A stretch of 12,992 nt of DNA from positions 1 through 12,992 of the forward strand of contig JADGIF010000244.1 of the NCBI GenBank assembly GCA_018985225.1, written 5' to 3'. Positions 1 to 8,119 of the stretch are shown here, piece by piece. The stretch comes from Amoeboradix gromovi X-113 (lineage: Eukaryota > Fungi > Sanchytriomycota). The position numbers and the translations under genes are program-made. How positions within the stretch are numbered: position 1 is the stretch's first letter; every line of letters begins with the position of its first letter. A model generated the notes under the pieces. It did not search any database and had not been told where the DNA came from. It saw nothing but the letters and a program-made list of their open reading frames with translations.

Positions 1-2
1 AA

Positions 3-617
3 AAAACGAATTGGGATACTGGTCAAAGGTTTTACTTTTCTGATGATACCTTTACTATAAGAAAAGTATCGGAGACTAATAACACTGGTCCACTTGAAAT
101 TGTGGAAACTAAACTGAAGTCTTTGCGTATATTGGATACAAACATTGTAAAAGTGAAAATAACCATTGAGATTCAACTCATTATGCCATATAATGTACAT
201 CCTATTATGGCCACTATCTGTTTAAAAGATGTTAATAACAGTATATTATCTCCCAAGTCGTGTAATTTCACTGAATGGACTAGTACGCCGCCCACTAACA
301 CTGAGTCGCCTTCAAATCTGTGTTCTGACGACCAATGGAGGAAAACCCCAAAATTAAAATTATCTCACGAGTATGATCTAGATGGCACAAAGATACCTTT
401 GCACATCAGCTTGGGTTTTCAAGTTTGCAATTATGTGGAATACAAATGTGAAATCCACAAGTTCGGGGTTGAATTGACTTGCGAAATTGAAAAGATGAGT
501 TTGTGGAAAGTTCAGGTTAATTCTAAAATATTTGTGACAACGAAACCTGTCAATGACGCAAAGCCTACAACCTTCAAAGCAAATTTATTGGGCACAATGA
601 GGATATGTCCAAGATAG
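3..617 (+). CDS. 3' part of an unknown protein, 5'-truncated by the window edge
   Basis: Frame +3 is open from the window edge (KTNWDTGQRFYF...) to TAG 615-617, 204 sense codons in AT-rich DNA. The ORF-track start at 102 is a GTG, not a real start. No family recognised. Confidence 0.5.
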   Translation, partial: KTNWDTGQRFYFSDDTFTIRKVSETNNTGPLEIVETKLKSLRILDTNIVKVKITIEIQLIMPYNVHPIMATICLKDVNNSILSPKSCNFTEWTSTPPTNTESPSNLCSDDQWRKTPKLKLSHEYDLDGTKIPLHISLGFQVCNYVEYKCEIHKFGVELTCEIEKMSLWKVQVNSKIFVTTKPVNDAKPTTFKANLLGTMRICPR

Positions 618-1173
618 TCATCAAAGATGAGATGGGTTTTAAGGTGCTATTGTTAAAGGAAATTTTATGGAAGTTGGACGAGCAGAATACTTGGTAACTC
701 AGAAAATCAAGAACTTCCACATAGAAACTGACAAATCCTGCAGTTCTGTTACATGGCTGATAACGCCTTCAATGTTTTAGGGCGGGATTGATAGGGATGC
801 TATTAGATGGCCTTGATATACATTGGGTGGATCCTGTGGAAGACAGTACTTAGTATCAGCCAACGAGCGCTTTAGAATTGAAATTGTGGTTGTATTAATT
901 TGGAGACGTCTGCCATGTATCAGAATGCCGAATTATCAAGCTACTCCATTGCAAAATTCTAGAAAAGACGACTGTTCGAGTGATAGAATTCATCTTATTA
1001 ACCACTATAAATTATTAATTCCATTAATCGAGGCACCAATCGGATAAGCTACTGAGAATGTAAGTCAAAGTAATTGCAACACAAGTAGCTCTCATAAGTT
1101 TAATCAACCTTTGAATTCAAAGCAAAATATGGATTCGTTTATTGTCAATATAAATCTAATTTATTGTGTCGAA

Positions 1174-2562
1174 TTATTCCTCCGTTTTTACCACTTTGCT
1201 TACTCGCTCACTCTTTCTGAAATTGTCAATAATGTGTTGCTGGAAGGGATCTTCTACCACAGTATTTCTGTCATGTTCATGTACTTGATCTAATTTCAAT
1301 AAATGCTTAGCGCTGCTGTGTTTGATAATATTTCTTTCTTTTCTCTTTCTACTCTGCTCCATCTCGAATTTCTTGCTTGCTTCTTTGTAAACGTATTTAG
1401 GTAACCTACGATGTTGGTCAATCTTCTTTAATTCAGGTACGCTCTTGAACTTTTCCTTTAATGCTTGCATATAGTTAATGTGTGCTCTCTCTCTTCCGGT
1501 GGTGTTTATTTTCTCCGCTGCATTTGATTTCCATACTCTTATATTTGCATCATCACTACCGCTGTATATATATTTGCCATCTCTAGAGTATCTAACCGAG
1601 AAACACCGTTGCATTCTACTCGTATGATAAATGTCCCTAGATCTTCCACGAATTGTAGGAAATATCCGTATCGACTTATCGTATGAGCAAGTAACTACCT
1701 CTTTGCCAGTAGGACAGAAATCTATATCCAATACAGCGTTAACATGGCCTTTGTAAATGTTAGAAGCCCTTTTTAAATTTCTGATGTCAAATAAATAAGA
1801 ATTGCCATCCTCGTTTGCAACTGCAAAATTCATAGCTTCCATTGGATTCCAAGATAAATTATTAACACTCATTTCTAAAACGACTTTGTGAACAGGAACA
1901 CGGGACCGAACATCATAAATAATAACAGATCTGCTTTTGCCAGCAGCTGCTATAAGATGAGGTTCACAAGGATTATATTTAACAGATTGTAAAGTGTCTG
2001 AGCCCCATAATATTTGTTCCACAGGAGTATCTCTCTCAAAATCCCAAATATTAAGAACATCACTGGCAGAAGCAAACTGTCGCTTGGAAATGTTGCAATC
2101 TACACTGTTAAATCCAGAATCCCCCTTGTACACTTGCACAGGGTCATTCGAAGTGGTCCACAGCTTGGCAAATTGATCAGAACCGCATGATACAAAGTGA
2201 GTGGACTGCATATCAAATGGGACACAAGATATGTTCTTACAGATACCATCATGAGGGTTCTTTATTTTATGCAGAACAGAATTAAATTGCGTGTCCCAAA
2301 TAACAATTTCGTCTAGAGAGTTGGCAACACAAACACCTAAATCTCTTTTGTGAGTATCTATACTTAGAATGCGATCATTCAAAGCCATTGCTTTGACAAA
2401 AGGTTTGGCCAACAACCTTTCAGTTTTTGCACAATTCAAGGCTCTTTTAAACTCACGTTCTTTTTGAAATGGATGAACATGAGAACTTAGAGACCTCTGT
2501 AAAATATGATGATCCTGAGACCTTTCTCTAGTTGGTTGATGTGAAAGCAATTTTAGTTTCAT
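1174..2562 (-). CDS. SOF1: Sof1/DCAF13, WD40 protein of the U3 snoRNP/SSU processome
   Basis: N-terminal HPFQKEREFKRALNCAKTERLLAKPF matches the Sof1 signature HPFERAREYxRALNAxKLER(M/V)FAKPF. WD repeats include WNPMEAMNFAVANED, GHVNAVLDIDFCPTG, SYDKSIRIF, SRDIYHTSRMQR and SGSDDANIRVWKSNA. C-terminal Sof1 domain ...PELKKIDQHRRLPK. Confidence 0.96.
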   Translation of the reverse strand: MKLKLLSHQPTRERSQDHHILQRSLSSHVHPFQKEREFKRALNCAKTERLLAKPFVKAMALNDRILSIDTHKRDLGVCVANSLDEIVIWDTQFNSVLHKIKNPHDGICKNISCVPFDMQSTHFVSCGSDQFAKLWTTSNDPVQVYKGDSGFNSVDCNISKRQFASASDVLNIWDFERDTPVEQILWGSDTLQSVKYNPCEPHLIAAAGKSRSVIIYDVRSRVPVHKVVLEMSVNNLSWNPMEAMNFAVANEDGNSYLFDIRNLKRASNIYKGHVNAVLDIDFCPTGKEVVTCSYDKSIRIFPTIRGRSRDIYHTSRMQRCFSVRYSRDGKYIYSGSDDANIRVWKSNAAEKINTTGRERAHINYMQALKEKFKSVPELKKIDQHRRLPKYVYKEASKKFEMEQSRKRKERNIIKHSSAKHLLKLDQVHEHDRNTVVEDPFQQHIIDNFRKSERVSKVVKTEE

Positions 2563-2723
2563 ACGGGTTAAATTGGAGAGAGTTATGATACATTACCCGC
2601 TGAGTTATTAGTTGTCCAATTTTGTGCTTTGATTACTATTAAGACTTCAGTCTGATCAGATTAGCGTTCTCTTCTTCCGAATTTCCGATTTATAAATTGG
2701 AAATCCCCATCTCAAACATTTTG
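2563..2723. promoter_or_regulatory. Short (161 nt) divergent promoter region between SOF1 and the PP2C gene
   Basis: Head-to-head gene arrangement. AATTTAACCCGT lies immediately before the SOF1 ATG; TATAAATT and CCCC lie upstream of the PP2C ATG. Inferred from position only. Confidence 0.45.
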
Positions 2724-4382
2724 ATGGGAAGTTACTTCAGTTGCTTTTCCAAAAAACATAGCTATGCGGAACCAGATTCGCATCCCAATAAAAATCCAAT
2801 AATGTACTATTTACAAGGTGATGATGTGGGCTTAAATCAAAATGACTTATTAAAATTAAGTAATTTTTATCCCGGTGTTTATAGTACCATCTGTCCGTCA
2901 TATTGCCCAGTTGAAGATGTTTACAAAACAAGTAAAACCAATGACACTTTATTAGTTACAGTAGCTGATGGTCACCATGGTAGTGAATGTTCCCATTTTA
3001 CGATATCTGTGCTACATGATGTTCTTGGCTATTTACTGCAGCATATGTCCCCTGTGAACGCATTAGAATCCTCACATCTCATTCTAGATGAGTTTATTCT
3101 TAATATTCCATTCTATCTAGATTTGATTGAATTCAAGAATCACTACAATTTAGAGATGCAAATTGGCCATGCCCTTGATACTCCACTTAGAATGGGTAAG
3201 AAAACCAATCTTGATCAATTTAACCCTGTGTTTAATATGGATTTAAATGCAATTGGAATTTCCCTCTCTGGTGCTACATCCTTGACAGCAATGGTTACGA
3301 ACAACCCACGTAAACTGTATGTTGCGAATGTCGGAGATAGTAGCGCAGTATTGGTTAGATTGCATCACAACAAGGAATACTCCGCCTACAAAATAACTAG
3401 TTCACACACAGCTAAAAGTACCAAAGAATATGAGAGACTGATAAGACAGCATCCTAATGAGGAAAAAACGTTGGCGGGCGTTAACGGCTATGGAGAAATG
3501 AGGCTACTAGGCGTTTTGATACCCACACGCAGTTTTGGAGACTCTATTTTAAAGTGGCAAACATCTCAGAGTCAGCGGATTAACAAATTATTAAGAAAAA
3601 ATCCGTCTGTTTACTCTGCAAATATCAAGAGATCTGCGATAACTGAGCAGTTGGTAGAAGCAATGAAAACTCCTCCTTATTTGACTGCTAAACCAGAAAT
3701 ATATGTACGGGATATAGAAGAAAATGAAAAAATAAGAGACAAATACTTAATATTAGCAACTGATGGGATATGGGACAAGATATCACCCGAAATGGCATCT
3801 TATTTAACTATTCACGCTTTGGAACATTCGGAACTGAATGGAGAGATAAAAGTTGCTAGTTTTAATAATAAGGAGCTCTACGATGACAGCATGCCAAAAA
3901 TACATCCTTGCCTATTAGATAACAATCCTGCGACTGCCATTCTAAGATACTGTTTAGGCGGGGATGACGAATCTGTTACTCTACAGCTGAATTACAATTA
4001 TCCGCAGTCGAGACAAAAGAGGGATGATTGCACAGTTGTTGTGATAGATCTACAGAACAAGGATTACTTTAAGTCAGACTTCAAGGACGATGCTGAGGAA
4101 TCGAGTGAAGCAAAGGATAACGGGGTTGTACATAAGATAATGGATGTACTGGACGGTTTAGAAGAACTATTGCCCAAAGGACAACTAGGACAGTTCGAAA
4201 AGGTAAGTTCAGAACAGAGCATACCTCAAGCAAGCATGCTAATTCAAGATATAATAAATGACTCATTAAAGGGGAAAAATATATCAAAACTTAATTCTAG
4301 TAGTTTATTAAATGAGCAGCAAGAAATATCCATGGTAAACGAAAAGAGAGGCGAATATTTGGTTAACGCTCTATTTGCGTAG
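2724..4382 (+). CDS. PP2C/PPM phosphatase, pyruvate dehydrogenase phosphatase (PDP/Ptc5)-like
   Basis: PPM motifs VADGHHG, LYVANVGDSSAVL, LILATDGIWD and RDDCTVVVI. PDP-subfamily motifs RLLGVLIPTRSFGDSILKW, TPPYLTAKPE and DNNPATAILRYCLG. The ORF-track start at 2697 is TTG; the first ATG is 2724 (MGSYFSC). Confidence 0.9.
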   Translation: MGSYFSCFSKKHSYAEPDSHPNKNPIMYYLQGDDVGLNQNDLLKLSNFYPGVYSTICPSYCPVEDVYKTSKTNDTLLVTVADGHHGSECSHFTISVLHDVLGYLLQHMSPVNALESSHLILDEFILNIPFYLDLIEFKNHYNLEMQIGHALDTPLRMGKKTNLDQFNPVFNMDLNAIGISLSGATSLTAMVTNNPRKLYVANVGDSSAVLVRLHHNKEYSAYKITSSHTAKSTKEYERLIRQHPNEEKTLAGVNGYGEMRLLGVLIPTRSFGDSILKWQTSQSQRINKLLRKNPSVYSANIKRSAITEQLVEAMKTPPYLTAKPEIYVRDIEENEKIRDKYLILATDGIWDKISPEMASYLTIHALEHSELNGEIKVASFNNKELYDDSMPKIHPCLLDNNPATAILRYCLGGDDESVTLQLNYNYPQSRQKRDDCTVVVIDLQNKDYFKSDFKDDAEESSEAKDNGVVHKIMDVLDGLEELLPKGQLGQFEKVSSEQSIPQASMLIQDIINDSLKGKNISKLNSSSLLNEQQEISMVNEKRGEYLVNALFA

Positions 4383-5015
4383 ATGATTGTAAATGTAAAA
4401 ATGTATTCTAGACGGATTAGAAATTCCTGGATTTAATAAATCGGTTTTATAATAATCGCAGTAAAACGACCACAACAAATCAACATCCTGTATGTTCATA
4501 TTTAAGATAAAATCAACACGGCCGGGTCTTTTAATTGCATCGTCAACTTGGTCAAGATTGCAAGTGATTCCAATGAATTTGCATTTGAAGGACGTGATAC
4601 CATCTAAATGGACTAGAAATTGCATTATAAGACGGTTGATTACAGATGAATGGCTTGTATTTCGTTGCGGAAGCAAAGTTTCCATGTGGTCCACCACAAT
4701 AATTGCTTTATTAGTGCTAAATAAAGAGTGCAGATATTCCTCTGTTGCACCAACATATTTTGAGAGGCAGCTGGGATTTAGCTTGTAAATACTGTAATCT
4801 TTAAAATGTTGGCAATAATACCTTGCGAGTAAGCTCTTACCTATTCCAATAGGACCGTGGATTATGACTTTGTCGTATTTAATTATATCTTTCTTGGAAC
4901 TTTCATATCCTATGAATGGGACGTCATGAGCAATATCATCTAATGTGCTACATGGCAATGACTGTGATTCTTTAGTTCCAAACCATTCACTATTGTCCCT
5001 CTGAACATGCTCCAT
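4371..5015 (-). CDS. Single-domain classical AAA+ protein (Cdc48/AFG2/SPATA5-type D2-like), degenerate Walker B
   Basis: Pre-P-loop FIGYESSKKDI, Walker A GPIGIGKS, pore loop LSKYVGATE, Walker B IIVVDH, RLIMQFLVHLDGI, and second region of homology VDDAIKRPGRVD. Confidence 0.8.
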   Translation of the reverse strand: MEHVQRDNSEWFGTKESQSLPCSTLDDIAHDVPFIGYESSKKDIIKYDKVIIHGPIGIGKSLLARYYCQHFKDYSIYKLNPSCLSKYVGATEEYLHSLFSTNKAIIVVDHMETLLPQRNTSHSSVINRLIMQFLVHLDGITSFKCKFIGITCNLDQVDDAIKRPGRVDFILNMNIQDVDLLWSFYCDYYKTDLLNPGISNPSRIHFYIYNHLRK

Positions 5016-5664
5016 GTTTTGCTTGATTTTGCATTTGAATAATTTACAGCCTGAAGCAGTTCAGCAAATAGTAGTATATATCAATGCACTAATTGCTATG
5101 GAGTTGGATGTGGTGCTCCTAATTTGTATGCCGAGTAGGGTCGAAACTATATCTACTTCTTCGTTTGCCGCTGCCCACGCATTCATAAGGAAGCATCTTT
5201 CAGATAATTCGCAAGGAATATCTCCTTTAGATGCAGCAATTTCCATTGCTTTAATGAAATTAAGAAAATCCACTAAAGATAAGAGAATAATTGTAATAAG
5301 TGCTCTACCTGATAACGAAAAGCAATATATATCTATGATGAACTGTATATTTAGCTCGCAAAAGCTTCATATCACTATAGACAGCATAGTGTTATGTAGT
5401 AGCATATACTTGCAACAGGCTGCATTTATCACCAATGGGCTGTACATTCAAACGACCCAAAACAAGCTGTTGCAGCAATTACTGGACTCAATCCCAATTG
5501 AAGGTGGACAGCGCCTATTGATGTCCAAAGTAGATTTTAGAGCCAGCTGTTTTTGTCATAGAAAAATGATAGATATAGGATATGTATGCAGTGTTTGTTT
5601 AAGCATATTCTGCAAAAAGATTGCTGCTTGTATGACTTGTAAAACAGAGTTTATTGAAATTTAA
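5014..5664 (+). CDS. TFB4: TFIIH subunit Tfb4/p34 (GTF2H3)
   Basis: vWA-like body with AAISIAL, QYISMMNCIFSSQK..ITIDS and YLQQAAFITNGLY. Diagnostic C-terminal VDFRASCFCH...GYVCSVCLSIFC...CMTC zinc finger. Confidence 0.96.
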   Translation: MFCLILHLNNLQPEAVQQIVVYINALIAMELDVVLLICMPSRVETISTSSFAAAHAFIRKHLSDNSQGISPLDAAISIALMKLRKSTKDKRIIVISALPDNEKQYISMMNCIFSSQKLHITIDSIVLCSSIYLQQAAFITNGLYIQTTQNKLLQQLLDSIPIEGGQRLLMSKVDFRASCFCHRKMIDIGYVCSVCLSIFCKKIAACMTCKTEFIEI

Positions 5665-5669
5665 AATTT

Positions 5670-6380
5670 TTACAATTTTGCATATTTTAAAAATAAACGC
5701 ATGTCTACTACTCCAGGATGTTCTGTTAGAGTCTTTATGGTATCGTTATTCATGGACTTCTTTATCAAACCGTATATCTTTGGTGCTTTTACGGTAACTT
5801 TCAACAACTCGCCTTTTTTTAACTGCTGCAAAACATCTTCTAATCCTGTAGTCGTGTAGTCCACCATCCCATACTTGAAGCACTCGTCAATTTTAAATTT
5901 CTTACCGAAGAGTAAGACATCTCGCAATATTTGCGGGTTGTTTATTTTATTCTTCACAATCTCGACCATCCCCTTTGCAATCGGTGACGGTAAATGGATC
6001 TCGTTCATCTGCATGTATCCATTGCTCATAAATCTCAAATCATGACATAAGGAGAACATCATACCGCCAGCAATGCAAGGACCATTTATTACTGCAATTG
6101 TCAAATACGGTAAAGTCAACCACCTGCTGCATAGCGGATAGTAAGAATCACCAATGAAGGTCAAGTCAGTGAGTACGTGTTTGAGGTCTAACCCAGCAGA
6201 ATAGACGTTCTTGGAAGTGGTGATAATTATGTTTTTTTTGGAATCGTCAATTCCATCTAGTATTTTATGCAGTTGATTGCAAAACTCTAGGTTAAAAGTG
6301 TTTGCCTTGCGATTAAAGTCTAAAATGTGGAAATTGTAATCTTCGTGTTGCTGAATGGTGTAGTTGATCATCTGGGACAT
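5670..6380 (-). CDS. Crotonase-fold enzyme, probable peroxisomal delta3,delta2-enoyl-CoA isomerase
   Basis: YSAGLDL oxyanion motif, PYLTIAVINGPCIAGGMMFSLCHDLRFM, QMNEIHL and GMVD. C-terminal AKL is a PTS1. A second ATG three codons in (MSQM) is an alternative start. Confidence 0.88.
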   Translation of the reverse strand: MSQMINYTIQQHEDYNFHILDFNRKANTFNLEFCNQLHKILDGIDDSKKNIIITTSKNVYSAGLDLKHVLTDLTFIGDSYYPLCSRWLTLPYLTIAVINGPCIAGGMMFSLCHDLRFMSNGYMQMNEIHLPSPIAKGMVEIVKNKINNPQILRDVLLFGKKFKIDECFKYGMVDYTTTGLEDVLQQLKKGELLKVTVKAPKIYGLIKKSMNNDTIKTLTEHPGVVDMRLFLKYAKL

Positions 6381-6730
6381 ATTCTACAAACTAGGCCAAC
6401 TTTTAAAACAATTGTTGCAAAAAATAAAACTAGTCAAGCTTTAATCTCCCATATATCATCAAGAAACCGGCAAAATGATTCCAAAATCATTTTTCTTTGC
6501 CAGCCAGGTTTTGGCCTTTCTTAGCATTGATTCATTGGCTTGAAGGTTGTTTTAATTTGCATTCAAATCTCGATACACGACTACATCGCTGTGGGCACAT
6601 TACCGTTACCTTGAACCTAAACTATAGTACTGAACACCTTGTAGCCTCTTTGATTGCAGCTTCATATAATACAGCAACGAAATATGATTTGTTAATTAAA
6701 ATATAAAATTTATCGTCTCCCTGAAATCAT
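6381..6730. promoter_or_regulatory. Divergent promoter region between the crotonase and NDC1-like genes
   Basis: 350-nt head-to-head spacer with AAATTT (6706-6711) and CCC (6719-6721) just before the ATG at 6731. Positional inference. Confidence 0.4.
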
Positions 6731-7811
6731 ATGGATTTCTATCTTGGCAAACATGTGAAAAAATTCGCAACCAATTCCGCGAAATCTTTAAACAATGAAG
6801 TGGAACCAACAGATGAGGTCCTAATAATGCTGTTTACTAATATAAACCTGAAGAAATTAACTGCAATGTTCGTTATAAATGTTTTGTTGAAATATACAAT
6901 GAACTTGTCGTGGAGTGACTTTGTGTCTCTCAGCCTAATGATAATTATGATGCGACACATAGCTATTCGTCTAGCTTATTTTCTGTTCGTAGGATATTTA
7001 GTTGATGAAATCTTACTAAGTATGATCCTTTGTGCTTTTGCTTTTTATGATCTTCATTTTGACTTTGTTGGTGATCAGTTCATTTTGAATACTACTTGGT
7101 ATTACCTCGTAGCGGCCCACGGCACCATGAAGGGCATTGTTTCTAGTTCTATGCTTGTTTTTATAAACTACAGTTTGGGCTTTCCATTGTCACTTTATGC
7201 TTGTGTTAAGCAGATTTCCTTATGTGTATTCATGCATTTTATTAGCATACTTAACATAAAGAGACCTAGACACCCTACTGATCCTGTATTTGACGTTAAT
7301 CATCGCAAAGTTCTATATTCGGACCAAGTAAAATTGCAGTCCATTGTAAAGGAGTACTGTGGCATACTGTCTAAAGAAACCAACAAATATAAATCAGATG
7401 CTCCCTTAAAAACTATAATGCCTAGTCTTGAATTATTCAGATATGTTCGAGCGATTAGCATTTTAATATCCAGAGCAGAGCTGGAAGACGAAAACGCCAA
7501 TATGAGTATACACTTTATACAGTGCATATCTACACTAGCTACTGCATACAACTGCCTCGTCTTTAGAAAGGCAGAACCAGCAAATCAGTTTGACACTCTG
7601 TGGAAAGTTGAGAAAAAACCAGAAGTTAAAAAGATAGATTTGAAATTAGAAAACGGCAGATGCCAATTAATAGAAGGTAAAACTAACTTATCTAGAATTA
7701 AGTACGAGTTTGTATTCGATATGTGCGCAGTATAAACCCCGATTACAAATGCAATTATTAGAGTCAGACATAATGATGATCTTAAAGAGATTCCAAGACT
7801 ACAAAGAATAA
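6731..7811 (+). CDS. NDC1: Miniaturised NDC1-like transmembrane nucleoporin; proposed join(6731..7711,7731..7811), 353 aa
   Basis: Hydrophobic multi-pass N-terminal half, then three blocks in NDC1 order: HRKVLYSD..LQSIVKEYCGIL (cf. RRxxIF...WxxIxxECxxLL), AISILISRAELEDENANMSIHFIQCISTL (cf. [28 protein letters not shown]), and after splicing KTNLSRIKYEF|YKPRLQMQLLESDIMMILKRFQDYKE* (cf. [11 protein letters not shown]...[11 protein letters not shown]). Reference motifs are recalled human NDC1 sequence. AATAAA follows the new stop. Confidence 0.65.
7712..7730 (+). other. Putative 19-nt spliceosomal micro-intron (phase 0) in the NDC1-like gene
   Basis: GTATTCGATATGTGCGCAG. Removing it bypasses TAA 7733-7735 and adds a 26-aa NDC1-like C-terminus. 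Confidence 0.62.
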
Positions 7812-8119
7812 CAGTAAAATTATAAAATAAATGTATTTTAATTTACAAGATAATCTAAAGTAAAGAGCTAATTCTGGGCTACTAGAATCAAGTGCCAATA
7901 AAAAGTAGTGTATTTCTTTTTTCATTAATGTTCTATCTTAGAAGTTGAAGACATGGATAGTTGAACAGCACACTCAACAGTACTTGTGTTTTTATCACAA
8001 AATTAGATGCAACACCTTGGTTAACCCTAAGCGATTGAAAAAATCAATTGCGATCACACAAAGTTTAGCTCTTTGCCATACGAATGAATTTGATGATGTT
8101 TTCTGAACCCATATAACGA

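Noticed and set aside
781-800. GGCGGGATTGA...GGATGC recurring near 12794-12814
   Set aside because: An 11-nt exact match is within chance expectation for 13 kb, and flanking similarity is absent.
4203-4217. AG|GTAAGT...CAG, a 15-nt in-frame intron-like string in the PP2C tail
   Set aside because: The frame is open either way, so there is no evidence that it is spliced.
5061-5273. Minus-strand 70-aa ORF in frame with the AAA gene across a single TGA (possible readthrough N-terminal extension)
   Set aside because: It is antisense to TFB4 in the phase that shares third codon positions, which is naturally stop-poor. It has no AAA-like motifs and no ATG at the track start.
8021-8030. TTAACCCTAA telomere/telobox-like word
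   Set aside because: Fewer than two repeat units; not distinguishable from chance.
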